A stretch of 64,000 nucleotides of DNA, taken from positions 9,796,001 to 9,860,000 of the forward strand of contig OZ024743.1 in the NCBI GenBank assembly GCA_964016885.1, written 5' to 3'. The DNA comes from Eledone cirrhosa (taxonomy: Eukaryota). Below are positions 13,950 to 27,699 of the stretch, piece by piece; within the stretch, counting starts at the first letter, position 1, and each line of letters begins with the position of its first letter. The translations under genes and the position numbers were made by a program. Under the pieces are notes generated by a model. It made no database searches and was not told the origin of the DNA. It worked only from the letters and a program-made list of their open reading frames with translations.

Positions 13950-15900
13950 ATTGATTGCTATTTTGATTTTATCTCGTTCTTGATAAACTCATTTTGGGAG
14001 AGTGTCAACTTCTTTGTTTCTTTCAAGTAATCGTTGTCGCTTCTGATACCAACAGCTAATTTACGACGTAGAAAGGATCTCATATTTCAGGCTTTATTTC
14101 GAATACTTCATTTTCTGCTTTGTTATATTTCTGTATTGTTTTCACTATTGATATTTTGGTGAGTTCTACGTTGGCGATGCATGCTGTGCTGTTATATATT
14201 CCATAACGCATTTTTATTGTTTTGAATATTTTGTTCAACATTCTCGTTCAGTATACTTATATTTTTTATGATGACGATATATATTCCCGTGTTATATTTT
14301 TCTCACTGTCCCTGTAGAATACTTTTGATATTTGATTCAAATACCTATTTCCTGGAGGAACCATTCATATTGATTATACTGTTTTATCTTACATGGTTTT
14401 GCTTATGTGGTCGATTTAAACTTTTCATTTGCTTCTAAAGTGTCTTCTATGTTTTATTGATATTATATAATTCTGTTATTTCTTTCGTTGGCTTACATTT
14501 TTTATATTAGAACTCGCTCTTTTAAAGGCGGATAGATGCTTTTCCTTCAATTTATGAAGTATATTTTCTCTATTTTAGATTCTTTAATGTTAGAAAGGTC
14601 TTGTTTAGAGCTATCCATCTATAGAATTTTGTGGGAAGGATTATTTTCTTTTCGTTGTGGTATTTTGAATAGTCATCTGTTGTGGGGGAGGAAAACCCTG
14701 AATACCCCCTCGTAGCTAAAAGTGGACTAGGCGAAAAGCCTATAAATAAGAACTGAAGTGAACAGTCAGGTAGGCAGTGTGTACGGAGTCTCGTTGTAGC
14801 CCCTCATTGGTAGTTCGGAATTACGCCTGGTGAATACCTTGGGTGTTACCCTCGTTTCGTACAGATATACAAAACAGGTGTGTCATACCATTATAACACA
14901 TCATAGTAGTCTGTTAATGTTGTTCACTATTTGTGAGTGTAAGACGCACCGAAATGTTGGATTTTCTCTCCTACAGGGATTCATTTATATTTTCCATGTA
15001 ACGCCTTCTCATTCTTTTCATTTTTCGTGATTTACATTTTTTTATTATATAGATTCAGTCATTTATTTCAATAAATTTGTGTTTCAGATATTTTCCTCCA
15101 AATTGTTACTATTTTTCTCCAAGAAGTTCTCAGCTACATAGCTCTGTTATTTAATCCTTTATAAAGACTTTGTGTACTTTCTCGAAACCTTTTGTTTTGT
15201 TTGAATTTTCTTTTATTCTTTCCACAAATCCTTGTATTCTCCACGCTTTATCTTTCACTTTTTGAATTAAAGTATATTTTTTATGATTTTAATACCATGT
15301 TTGTCCTGAATGTTACCTCACTCTGCATTTTTAGTGGATGACTATATATTTTATCTTGCAATTTGTCTATTGATGGTATTTTTGTTTCCAAACAGGATCT
15401 GTTTTAGGTTTTTGAATTCTCACTTTTTATGTTAACTTCCAGCTCTAGTTGCCACACGCGCCGTGGCGTATATAATTTGGTTTAACGCCGTCATATCTGT
15501 TTCATTTATTTGTTCTGTAACTATTTGCAATGCCTGGTTAGCTTGTTTGATCCATGTTGTTTTTTTTGTTATGAGATATTTTGTAGCTTTGTAGTCTATT
15601 GTCAATTTTAGTGAATTTTATCTCTTCAAACCTTTGTTAAATTTCTTCTATAATGTTTCTAAGACACTACATTTATTGATTTGTGTTAGCACTAATCGTT
15701 TTCCTCTATTATGTTTACTTGCTGGTGTTAGTATTATAGTTTCTCCTTCCAAGTTTACAGATATTTTATCTCTGCTATATCATGTGCTGCGCTTTGGTCT
15801 GTGTTTGCAATGTAATTGAGAGGGATATTCATGCATTCCAAATGTATTTTCATTGATATCAAAGAAAGGTTTTTCTTTTCAATTTGAACCTGTTGCTGAT
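13950..15900 (-). mobile_element. Very degraded R4/Dong-like LINE
   Basis: Minus strand near 15450-15520 reads EQINETDMTALNQIIYATARVAT and nearby TDPVWKQ, like the Dong/R4 N-terminal TxxNxLIYA and PxWK motifs; strongly T-rich plus strand. Confidence 0.4.
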
Positions 15901-17332
15901 ACGCCATCCTCGAACAATTCGTTTTATCTATTCAGAGTTATGTGTCAATATTTCAATCCAACTCGGATTACAAAGGATGATAAATAAAAAAACATGTCTT
16001 CTTTTTGTAGAAATAGGTGCATCAGGCAAACTGATATACTCTTATTGAATATCTTGTGTCCTTCCGACTATTTGGATTGATTGAACTCCTATAACAATCA
16101 TTTTCATTTCTAAGTATTTATTGTACATTATTATAGTTGAAAATCGATGAGTTCATAAAACTAAGATGTGATCCGATTTGGTGTTAACAACTCTAGCGAA
16201 TAAATTTGACCACTCTAGAGAAATGTTTCAACGTTACAATCTCATTTCCTGTATACATAAGTCAGAAATTCATTTTTCTGATCTAACATTTCCGGCTGTA
16301 TAGAATTTAAAAGCTATTCCGTATAAGTGTGATAACTATCGACTTCTGTTTTATTAAGCGCTTTATAACTTATTGTTTCTATTTATTTTTAGCACCAACT
16401 CCGGAAGTTATATTGATCACTAACAAGAATTTCGCTCTTTCATAACAAACAACATTTATCTTCTTTTTTTTAGAACTGAAGATTAAAATACTTGCAATAT
16501 AACAAAAGAAATCTTGTAATTTAGGTTGAAGGTGAAGTTAATTCTAAATTCCGTATTAGAAAAGCAAAACAAAATGTTTTAACTCTTTAATAATATTGAC
16601 AATAAATAAATTGACATGTATTTATTTGAATTTTCTATGAGAATAAGCTAATCTATATGATTTATGAATATACTTATTTCTTTTAATTTATATTTATTTG
16701 TTACTTACTACGTATAGTTCTTCTCTTGATATATTTCTATAAATTGTGTCTTCCGATTAATTTTAATTCCATCGGTTTAAGACTCATATTTTATTTGGAT
16801 ATATTTTAGAATTAACTGAGAAAAATTATTGTTTCAGAAGAGAAAGAGAAAATAAGAAGGAAAAATAGTGTTAATAATGATGCATAACCGGAAAAAGTTG
16901 AAGAGAAAATGAATGTTTGTTATAAAGGAAGGAGTGGAATAAAAGAATGTAAAGAAAAGAAGGAAGCAGAAATCAAATTTGAAAACATAATATTGTTTGT
17001 AATAATATAATATTATCTTTAGCATGTATATTTGTAATGCTGCTAAGTGGTGATCAGAATAGCCTAGAGGTAAATTCAATGTGAGCAAAATTCATGATTA
17101 AATAATTTTAACATCTAATTCTCTTATAACAAATATAGAGTCTCGATTCTATGATATTTACATAATAGATTTGTTGCTGTGCACATAATCAATAGGAAAT
17201 GATATTTATTTTACATTGTGTCGGATAGATGTAGCTTCAACCCAATGCATAACACGATAGTAAAGTGCTTAATATACCTTCTGTTTGGCCAATATTTGGA
17301 AGTATAATTTAGCAGACGAAAGCAATGAACCC

Positions 17333-17378
<46 letters not shown>

Positions 17379-17494
17379 GAGAGAGAGAGATTATACCTAA
17401 AGTGGTGAGACCATAATTCAGCAAAGTACTCTGGGATTTTGTGTCTAAACAGCAAGCTCAGCCGTCGAGCACTGAATATGTACTATATATATAT

Positions 17495-17537
<43 letters not shown>

Positions 17538-17574
17538 AAACTTTCGCTCTACATGGCTGAATACAATAAATGTA

Positions 17575-18067
17575 ATGAGTTTTTCGACTATTAATAATAA
17601 CATTCAATTAATTTGCAATTATGCAAACAAGCCTCAATTTTATAGCTATGTCAGTAGAATGAACCCTTCATTCTTGCTCTTGTGTTGGCATGTGAACTGC
17701 AGACAGTAATCTTTCTGGGTATCACCCTTCATCAGTACAGCTCACTGTTCACCTGCCAAACTGTCAGAGCTAGTGAAAATATATGCTATTTTCAAAAATA
17801 CACAGTGACTGATCGGCCTGATTTGCATATTAACAGACTGGCTGATCAGTCAGATCTGCATATTAGAAGATCCACTGATAATCCAGATTTGCATATCAGC
17901 AGACTGTCTAGTTAGTTTCCTGTATACGAGCGATAAATGGCCGTTCACATGCCAACACAAGAGCAAGAATTAAGGGCTCATTCTATACTGACATGGGTAT
18001 AAAATTGAGGCTTGTTTGCATAATTGCAAACGAATCGAAGGTTATTATTAATATTCGAAAAGCTCAT
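17575..18067. mobile_element. Foldback element with ~123-bp inverted arms, an internal hammerhead motif and three 33-bp repeats
   Basis: Arms 17575-17697 and 17943-18067; minus strand CTGTA-CTGATGA-AGGGTGATACCCA-GAAAG..GTC-TGCAG at 17740-17697; close to (TA)n on both sides. Confidence 0.75.
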
Positions 18068-21000
18068 ATAGATATATATATATATATAAATGTAATCTGT
18101 GTGTGTATGCAATTGTGTGTGTGCGTGCGTATGCGTATATATGTATATACTAACATACCACCCGTAAAACATGACGGAGTTTATAGTAAGAAATATATAA
18201 TTTAATAATTCTTTGATTATAACATTCTATGTAAATAAGTTAGAATCCTCTTTTGTCTTTGACCTTCGCCTTCTTATCGGCCATCATCGTATTTAATTTT
18301 GAATTTATTTAAATCAATTACAATAATTGTTCCCTATTTTCTTGAATATTATCTTTTATTTGGATCGATATTATTTTCAAATATTTTATTGGACGCCACT
18401 GCTATTTGAGACACTGTACATGTAAATATTCCATTTTGTCGAAAAATTGTATCCAAGGATGTATTATCCATCCTGCCCATTTTAAAAACGGATGTGTATT
18501 ATTAGCGAAAAATCCTGTTAGGTTTAGCAGATGAAGTAACCATTATTGTACGTTTTACCGAAATCATTGTCACAAATGACTACAAACGTGAATGAAAATA
18601 AAAACATTTAGATTTTTAAAACCATGTGTGATGAAAATAACTTTGCCACATTACTTTGTGTGCTATAAAACAGACACATAATCTGTCTATGCAGTAAATC
18701 TATTAAATTCAGCAAGGGATAATCGTTTCACAGTTAAGTAGGTGCTGAACTAAATAACGTCTATTCTAACAGGGAGACGATCAGACCAATGAACTCGTAA
18801 AAAGCAGCAGTTGCCATATTTATTCTTGCAAGCATCTTAATGCAGCGCCTGATACTGACATTAATTCTGTACTTGAACTTTGATAAGAACCAGTGATCAG
18901 CAGAAATCAATAATCGACAAGAAGAAATAAACTAAAGAAGATTAAAATGTCATTAGATGCCCGTGTACTTTGAAATAAAGTATTCAAAATACCACTTAAG
19001 TTTCAAGTCTAGTTACTAGTGTTGAACTGCATGGATGTCTTTTCGGAAAGCTCGGACAGGATAAATGAGCGTGTTGTGTGTCATTATTGAAAGGTAAATC
19101 GTTCTTAAGAGATCTTATTGATGATAAAGATTGAACAAAGTAACTTTACTTTCAACACATTCCCTTCAAATTTTCAGAAGTTACAGTCACATTCATTTAT
19201 TAATACTTTACAAAAAGGTGTATATTTAATTATCATTTGTTCAAAGTAATCAAAGATCATAATAACCCTTTCAATCAAAGTAGAATTGATTTTTACCTGT
19301 TATCCTTTTCCTTACAAGAACGTGTTTTTTCATATTTGTTTGTTTTTACAACGAGGCGTATAAACTGTAGTCATACCTACATTAAATGTATCTTTCATGA
19401 TCTAATGTAACTTCGGTTGTGCATAATTATCATTTAATTCATTTTGCCATTGGCAAATAGGCATCTTAAAATTGAACTATTTATTTCAGTAGCGTTCGAC
19501 TATTGGCCAAATATCCATGAAACCTCTCAATCAATCGTTTTGTCTGTAAATCTATATGGAAAAGAAATAACAAAATATTTTTTTATCGTTTGGTTAAGTT
19601 TACACAACGAAGTTTCGAAAATGTAAATCTACATACACTAGATTTAGCTTTATCTTAATCTAAATACAAGGAAAATAATAATATATTCGCCAGGATTGAT
19701 TACATTTTCACAGCAAGGCTTATCAAATATAATTACACATGCATTAAATATATCCTAGAATTTCTAATATATGCTGTGTCGAGCAGAAATAATTATTTTT
19801 GTAAGGTCTATATATTAAGAAAACAGTGTTCTAAGCGGAACAGACACTGGAGATTGTCTAGTTACTCAATTTGTATATTACATAGAGGATGTGTAGGGAT
19901 ATTGTCAATTTTAGTCTACTTGAATAATTCCTATGATTAATTAACAAATATATACACGTGAATGCAAAGTATCTGGAAAGTTTCAGTAATCACAACATTT
20001 TTAGTGATTATTATATATCGCCATACTCGATAATGCCACTGGTAGCATAATCCAGTGAAGTCTATTACATTGTTTGGATAAGCCAAGCTCAGAGTCCACG
20101 GTTATTTATCATTATCGTGATGGTATATATGATACTTGAGTTGATGACCGTGGCTGCAGTAAATGATGGGCGCATAGTTCTAATCAGACCATTTTTCTAG
20201 GAAATTATAAACTCCAAATTCAAAACTACGGTATCTTGTGCTGTAGAGGACGATAGCATTTACAAACGCTAAATTGTCTTGCTGCTCTATGATGGCCATG
20301 GATAGCAGAACGTCCTTGGAAATAAACCAGACAAAAGTATTAGAGTGGTGATATTGTTCCTAGTCAAATCCTGCCAAATCTCCGACAACTCCTATATCGA
20401 GATGCTCAAGATGGAGGTGGAGGTTAGGCTGCCTAGGTATACCTCGTTTAAAATGAGATCATTCACAACCCATGGGTGTGTACTTCACTGATATTAACCT
20501 CTTGGAATCGCGTACAGACGCCATACGTTTGCAGTGGAAGTAACACGGACCTATGCGTAAATGAAATACTACTACTTCTTTTTTCATTTGTAAGGGAGCA
20601 TAGAATGCGTAGTAATAGGTATGAACAGCTGTGATTTACTGGTCTCCCACACAGCTGTATGTTTGACTAAACTACCACGTAGTCGAAGTCGCGCACTACA
20701 TGTATCAACGCTGTATGAACATGGTACGACATAAAGCCTTCACCAAATACGTATCTTTAATATGTATCTTTAATACAACAATATAAACAGACTAAATGCA
20801 ATATTGTAATCTAGTAACACTCTCAATAGTATGCATTGTATATTGACTGCAGATTCAGTCGGATAATGAATTCACGTAAGATTTAATCCTGACTTAAACT
20901 TAAGAAAAATAATAATTATTAATTTAATTTTTAAACATACTCTACATTAACTAATGAATGAGACAATACTGATATGATTACAAAGGAGAGAAGAGAGTTA

Positions 21001-22027
21001 ATTATTATTGATATCTACCTTATCAATTTCTTCAATTGAGAACATTTTCGTATGTATTAAGTTCTGTAATATCTGTGCCAGGTTTACAAAGTCGTATATA
21101 AAACACTTCTAGCTATATTTGCATCCATCTAATTATATATTAAATTCTAAACGTCAATTTCCTTAGTGGGGATTCAGGACTACCAATGGCCGTGCTTCTC
21201 CTTATCAAATTATTGATTCAGGTAACAGTTTTCGTGAGATAAAAGTAATTTAAATAAGGTAAAAGCAATTTCGTAAAGCTGAATACATATGCTAGGAATT
21301 TATATTCCTTTATTTCATGAGATTGCGGCAAAATGTAATAACAATTATATGAAGGTTCCTTTACTAGATTTCCCATGTGTTTTAATGTAGCATGGAATGT
21401 CAATGTGACTGAATAAATGCCAAGGAGTGGTGTTACAGCAATCATCCAGAGCATCTTACCAAGACGAACAATTTTAATGGAACTCTAGTCTTATTACTGA
21501 CAATCAAACCAACTGATATTGCATCGAGGAAATTCTTTTTAACATCTGTCAGGATTTACTTTTAGACTTTTCTTTAGAATAATACTTTTCTGTAGTCCAG
21601 CATCCTTCTTCTGTCTTTACTTTAATCCATCTAATGGGTAATAATTCATAAATGTAGCAGGTATTTTAGTAAGATTCCAATCATATTTCGAAAATGGTCT
21701 GATCCACTTTGAATTACTCTTATATATTACTTCCACAGAACGATTATGTAGCTACTCCAATGTAGTATGGTATTGATTGCTAATGAACCACCACTCTCCA
21801 GATAATATTTAACGCTTCCTTGTCCCGAACAACACTCCCACCTAATAATATATCACTTAGTATATGACTTCCCAAATTACATTAAAATATATAGGTGTAA
21901 TTCTAAAATGATGCATAGTGCTGTATAAACACAAACACATATATGCATGTATCTATCTATCTATCTATCTTCTGTATACATTTACACACACTCAAACATA
22001 CACACACACGCATATATATATATATAT

Positions 22028-23787
22028 TACGTCGGACAGACTGGACGTCGCCTGGCGGACCGTTTCACCGAACACCTCCGGGATATTCGTCTTGGCGGGA
22101 GTTCCCCCATCGCCCGCCACTTTGGCTCCCCTGGACATTTCACGAACCACCTCACAGTCTGGCCTACTCCAATGCCACGGAACACCTGCCACCCTCCTCA
22201 GGGTCGAACAACACACCATGTTCACCCTACATACCCACACTCCCCCCGGCCTGAACTCCCCAACCCTATTCCTTTAGCCTTCGACTGTCCTGTTACCCCC
22301 CACCCCCACACACACATATCCCCCACTAACACACTCCTCCTGTTCACCCACAACTAACAATACTAACACCCCCACCTCACTCCGACCACCCTCCCCCAAC
22401 TAACAATACTAACAGACTTTCCCCCCTCCCCTATCACGCACACACACCGGTACATATATACACGCACTCACACTATTCACACACCCTACTACCACCACTA
22501 ACCCTCACCCACACATCCACTCGCACCACCCCACAACTAATACCACTAACATCCCCGACCCCACGCACACGAACACACACACCCATCCACACCCACTTAC
22601 ACCACTCTACACACCCTACCACCACTGACCCCCACTAACACACCCACATTCAACCCTTTCCCCACCACCAGTATACTAACACCCACTAACACCCTCTTCA
22701 CCCAAACACACTCATCCAAACACGCACGCACACACCAGTACACTACACTCCCTCCACGTCCCCCACACCTTTCTCTCCCTCTCCCCGCTCCACCCACACC
22801 CCTTCACACACACACACATATCCCACTAACACCTCTACTAATACACACCCTCCCCCCGCAAGACCCTCCCCACTCCACCTTTCACAACTACCCATCCTCT
22901 CCCCTGTCCACCGCACCTCCGCACACACTGACACACTGACTTCTCCACCTGCCATTCTCCTCTACTGCTGCTATGCCTTGACCCTCTGACCACCTCTCCG
23001 CACACACAGACACACAGCCCTCTCCACCTGTCGTTCTCCTCTACCCTCCTCCTGCCTTGACCCTCTGACCACTTCCTGTTGCACACGCACCCCCACATCT
23101 CCCCTTTTCCGACCAACCCAACCACGGATTACACACATTGGACATCGCTCCCACCAATCAACTCCATCTCAAGGAAAATATCCGGCAGCTCACCACATCC
23201 TCAACGGAACTACCTTAGGAACTTACCCACGGACATACACTCACAAAATTTTTTTTCCCACACGCCACCTACATCCACAATACGTATAAACACCACACAC
23301 ACGTGCGTACCCCCACATATTTACACACTCAGTCTCCGGAAACCTCTCCCCCCCCTGACCCCTCCCTATCCACATGCGCACACACACACCCATTTACACC
23401 CCACCCCACACACACACGTACATCTACACACACACACCACCTTCAGCCCTCCCCGCTCGGACACCCTGCCTCCCTCCCTCCACTCCACCCGCCACCACCC
23501 CTACACGCCCACATTCTTCCACCACTTGTTTATCTTCATGTTTATTTTTATTTTTATTATTTTTTAATATTTATTTTCATTTGTTCCACCGTTTCCTTCC
23601 TCCCTTTTTTTCTAAATGTCTCTCCCCCACTCCCCTACATACCATTGGAACTCTCTTCCCACACACTTTTCGCCTGAAGAAGGGCTAATGCCCGAACCCC
23701 CCCCCCCCCCCACACTCTCAAGAGCGTGAAACGAATAAACCTTTATTCGTACTGCCTCTCTGTTTATTTCCCGTTCCATTTTTCACT
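22028..23787 (+). mobile_element. 5'-truncated Penelope-like element: GIY-YIG tail, long C/A-rich 3' region, pLTR
   Basis: YVGQTGRRLADRFTEHLRDIRLGGSSPIARHF..H; after a frameshift EQHTMFTLHTHTPPGLN; CTGAAGAAGGGCTAATGCCCGAA at 23674; AATAAA; bounded by (TA)n. Confidence 0.85.
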
Positions 23788-23877
23788 ATATATATATATA
23801 TATATAGTATATATGTCCAAAGGCTCTGATACCATCAACACTATACACACAGAGCTGGCATATCTAAGAACTGACTA

Positions 23878-23933
23878 ACTGCCTGATGAGGTCATAGCCA
23901 TTCAACGGGTATCATCGAAATATATATAGCAGT
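23878..23933 (+). ncRNA. Type I hammerhead ribozyme in a solo pLTR-like module (~23815-23980)
   Basis: ACTGC-CTGATGA-(stem II)-GAAA-TATATATA-GCAGT; stem I pairs perfectly; AATAAA follows. Confidence 0.75.
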
Positions 23934-24082
23934 AAATAAAGGATTATGAGTTCATGCAATTGACTTATGTTTCGTCACTATATATATATATATAGTAATA
24001 ATAATAAATTTGAAGACTAAAATCCAAAGAGGGCTCGATAAGGATAAATATATATCAAATATATAAGAACCGTAGAGCAAAT

Positions 24083-24729
24083 ATTTATTAAAATGACAGA
24101 TTAAAGTTTAAGCAAAGAATCGCTGCTTTCACCCTTAACGGGATCTTCTGAAACTAACAAAGTCAATCTGTAAACGCAGAAGTGGATATTTCAAAAAACG
24201 TTGCAACTGGAGGAAGACAGGAAGACGATACTTTGGTTCGTGGAAACGTTCCCTGGCAAAGAACGGGAAAAAACGAATATAATACGCCATTAACAGGAGC
24301 GGTGAAAAACAATTACACGCAAAGACAGAACCACGTTTATGGTATAAAAGAAGTCGTAGACTAATGTTCTCTTAGGTGGTTCGTAGAGACGTTCTCTGGC
24401 AATGAACGGGAAAAAACGAAGATAATACGTCATATGTGGAGCGTGGAGAACAATTGCACGCGAAGACAAAACCACGTAAATGGTATAGCAGAAGTTGTAG
24501 ACTAAAATTCTAACTAAGAAACCGAATGATTCTCCGCTTCAGAGTTAAGAATAAAGTAAATAAAATACAATACAGAGGTAATTGAAATTAAATAAATACA
24601 TACACGCATCCAAATACGTACATACACAAGCATACGCGAAAACACTCGCCATAGGTATACAAAACTACGCAAGATCCCGGTAAGGGTGAAAGCAGCGATT
24701 CTTTGCTTAAACTTTATTCTGTTATTCTA

Positions 24730-24735
<6 letters not shown>
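24083..24735. mobile_element. Non-autonomous element with ~65-bp terminal inverted repeats overlapping a hammerhead motif, plus an internal ~143-bp-period duplication
   Basis: 24083-24147 vs 24671-24735 inverted; units 24253-24364 and 24396-24505; related pieces at 54144-54200 and 60650-60943. Confidence 0.8.
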
Positions 24736-24788
<53 letters not shown>

Positions 24789-26259
24789 GAGACACTAGAT
24801 TCAAAGTTCCACAACAAATTCTAAATAGTAAATAACATTTCACAAACAGTTACTACTACTTGACAACTTCTACTTCTGGTGTAACTGTTTAATTAGCTAT
24901 AGGGTTAACAAGAAGAAGGACAATGGGCAAAGACTGCGTGATCTTTTCATGTTCCACGTATTGTGTATCACCAGCACACATGTCCAGATTAAAGCTCAAC
25001 TCAAACTGTCGTGAAGACATCTCTACGCCAAACTTCAGCACAAACTAAAATTGATAGTTACAAAATATTAACACACAACGCGCGCTTTTTATACTGTCGA
25101 CTACGGCTCAAATAAAGTTCGTGTTTGCTCCAAGATTGTCTTTCCGTTAAGAAATACGCACTACGCCAATCCTTACGGCAAACAGATCATTTTCGCCAAT
25201 AATGCCTAACACACAAACGAAATATGAGAATTCAAATCGTAGAAAACAGCTACACACAAACCGGCAAATACATACACATATACACACGCATACATACATA
25301 ATTGTACTGGTGTACAAAGAAAGAAAAGGAAACTCAATATGATTCACTTTCAATATGTTTATGAAACATTGAGTAATTAACTACTATACGTATATATATG
25401 TGTATGCGTTTATGTGTGCATGTGGGTGGGTGTATGTGTCTGTATGTAAGCGCGTGTGTTTGTGTGTGCGTGTGTATTTGTGTATGTTTGTGTGTGTGGT
25501 GTATGTGTGTGTGTGTGTGTGTGTGTATAAACGTGTGTGTATGTGTTTGTGTGCGTGAGTGAAATCTATGGAAAGTTTCTTATACAGTTGGGTAACATAC
25601 TGAATTGAATTCTTCAATATCACAACAATGAACTCAATTAAGTGGGGTTTTCTAAGAACAAAGATGTATTGCATTATTTTAGTCACTTCCTCGAGGAAGT
25701 AGTAGATTCTACGATAAAAAAATAATATTCAGATACTATATTGATTTAATGACATAATTTCATGCAATTCGATAACAAAAATCTTTTATTTATTGTGAAT
25801 TATAAATTTATATGATATGTTTATTTTCTTAACGTAAAAACTAAATCAGACTGTTAAAAAGTCACTGTTCCTTTGTTGAGTAATACAATGTACATAATTT
25901 GCTTTGTTTAACATTTTATATGTGCGTCTCTGAATGCAATATAATCACTTTAAAGTGAAATTCCGTCACGTTTTGATTTTATATCTTGTTACTATAAAGC
26001 CCTTGTGAATAATTTATGATTTTCATAATGGATTATCTATTATTAATCTATTTTACTGGTAATTTGAGCATGTTATATATTGGGGGAATTTTGTTAACAA
26101 TTTCATGTGTTTAATTGAAACTTTCTATAAAGCTATGTTGACTTTTAAATGACGTGTATGACAACCGAAGATGTTCGTTTCAACCTACTACCATCTGAAA
26201 TATCTTTAATGTAGCATAAGCTCCACATTACAAAATTTTAATTATTCGTCAACGAGAAT

Positions 26260-26345
<86 letters not shown>

Positions 26346-26399
26346 CGATTGACTTTCGTAAAATCAGACCGAGGAAATAATGTTTCCATTGGTCTTTCC

Positions 26400-26548
26400 A
26401 ATTGCTAATACTATCTATCGGTTGCAACTTCAGGTAGAAGGAGCAACGTGAAATAAAGTGTCTTGCCCAAGGACATAACGCATCACTCGGTCCAGGAATC
26501 GAATGCACAACCTCACTATTGCGAATCCAATTCTCTAACTACTCAGCC
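26400..26548 (-). mobile_element. CORE-type SINE
   Basis: AAGTGTCTTGCCCAAGGACA CORE motif; reverse B box GGAATCGAA; reverse A-box region. Confidence 0.75.
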
Positions 26549-27022
26549 ACACACACATATATATATATACACACGCGCACACACACATATATATAAGAAA
26601 TAAGATTTCGCTCCAAGCATAGCTTTATGCAATATATATAGAAATTTCGTATTTCTAAAGAAATTCGGTTTTAGGAAGCCGTAGCTATGCAAACACCGAG
26701 GCATATATATATATATATAATCATAATACAAAATATTGTTGCTGATATAGGCCATAGCTTTAGTATGTGCGTATAAGATAACATATGATATACGGTATTG
26801 GTCAAGCGGTATTCTTCGGATTCGGTACATTATTTTAAAACAATGCCAAACATATATATTAAGTAGACCTCCATTATTTTGTCCGTTATAATTAACGGAG
26901 AAACAATAAAGCAATAATCGTACAAACTGTAATATGAAATATATAAACTAGTTTAAGAACATCCAAATAGGTCTGAGTTTTGATGGAAATACTGATAATG
27001 TATGATAGATAGATAAGAAGTC

Positions 27023-27105
27023 CGATTATAGATTTGAAATTAAATAAGTACGTTTATAAATTTGAAGTTAAATAAGTACGATTATAGATTTGAATTTAAA
27101 TAAAC
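27023..27105. repeat. 28-bp tandem repeat, three copies
   Basis: GATTATAGATTTGAAATTAAATAAGTAC-like units. Confidence 0.8.
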
Positions 27106-27699
27106 ATTAAGACTTGAGTATAAAATTATAATTCCTAGCCATTTCTATTTCATTGAGAGTAAACATTACTCATAAGTATAATTATTCTTTATTTAACAAA
27201 TATAATTTGAAATTAGCAAATGCTTGTATTTTGCAAGAATGATAATATTCAGACACCAACGAAATATCATGTTATTGCATCGAGCGAGACATTTCATCGA
27301 ATGTTTCATGCGTCACCTAGATGCAAACAATCTCCACTTACTTGAACTCCACTTTTCTTTCAGTGTTCTAATTAACGTTGCGCATATCTATGATACATTG
27401 GAAAGTTATAAAATATATAATCTTTTGTTTCCCTTATGTTACGATTTTACTCCCCATGTTTATATAAATATAACGTTGATTGCTCTGTTTTTAAACATTG
27501 ATTTGATTGTTATACCATTATTGATTAAATTATTGAGTACATCAACAATGCTTATATTTATATTCTTAACATTAACTTATTGCAAATTACGTTACAAACT
27601 TGACCAGTCTATAAAATCAATGTTTGCTATTCATAAGATGCATAATGCAATGAAGACTACCAATGATTTTGTATGATATACTCTGCACTAAATGTGGTA

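Noticed and set aside
21218-21454. ORF resembling an ionotropic receptor transmembrane segment
   Set aside because: Only a short hydrophobic stretch; no supporting domains or exon structure
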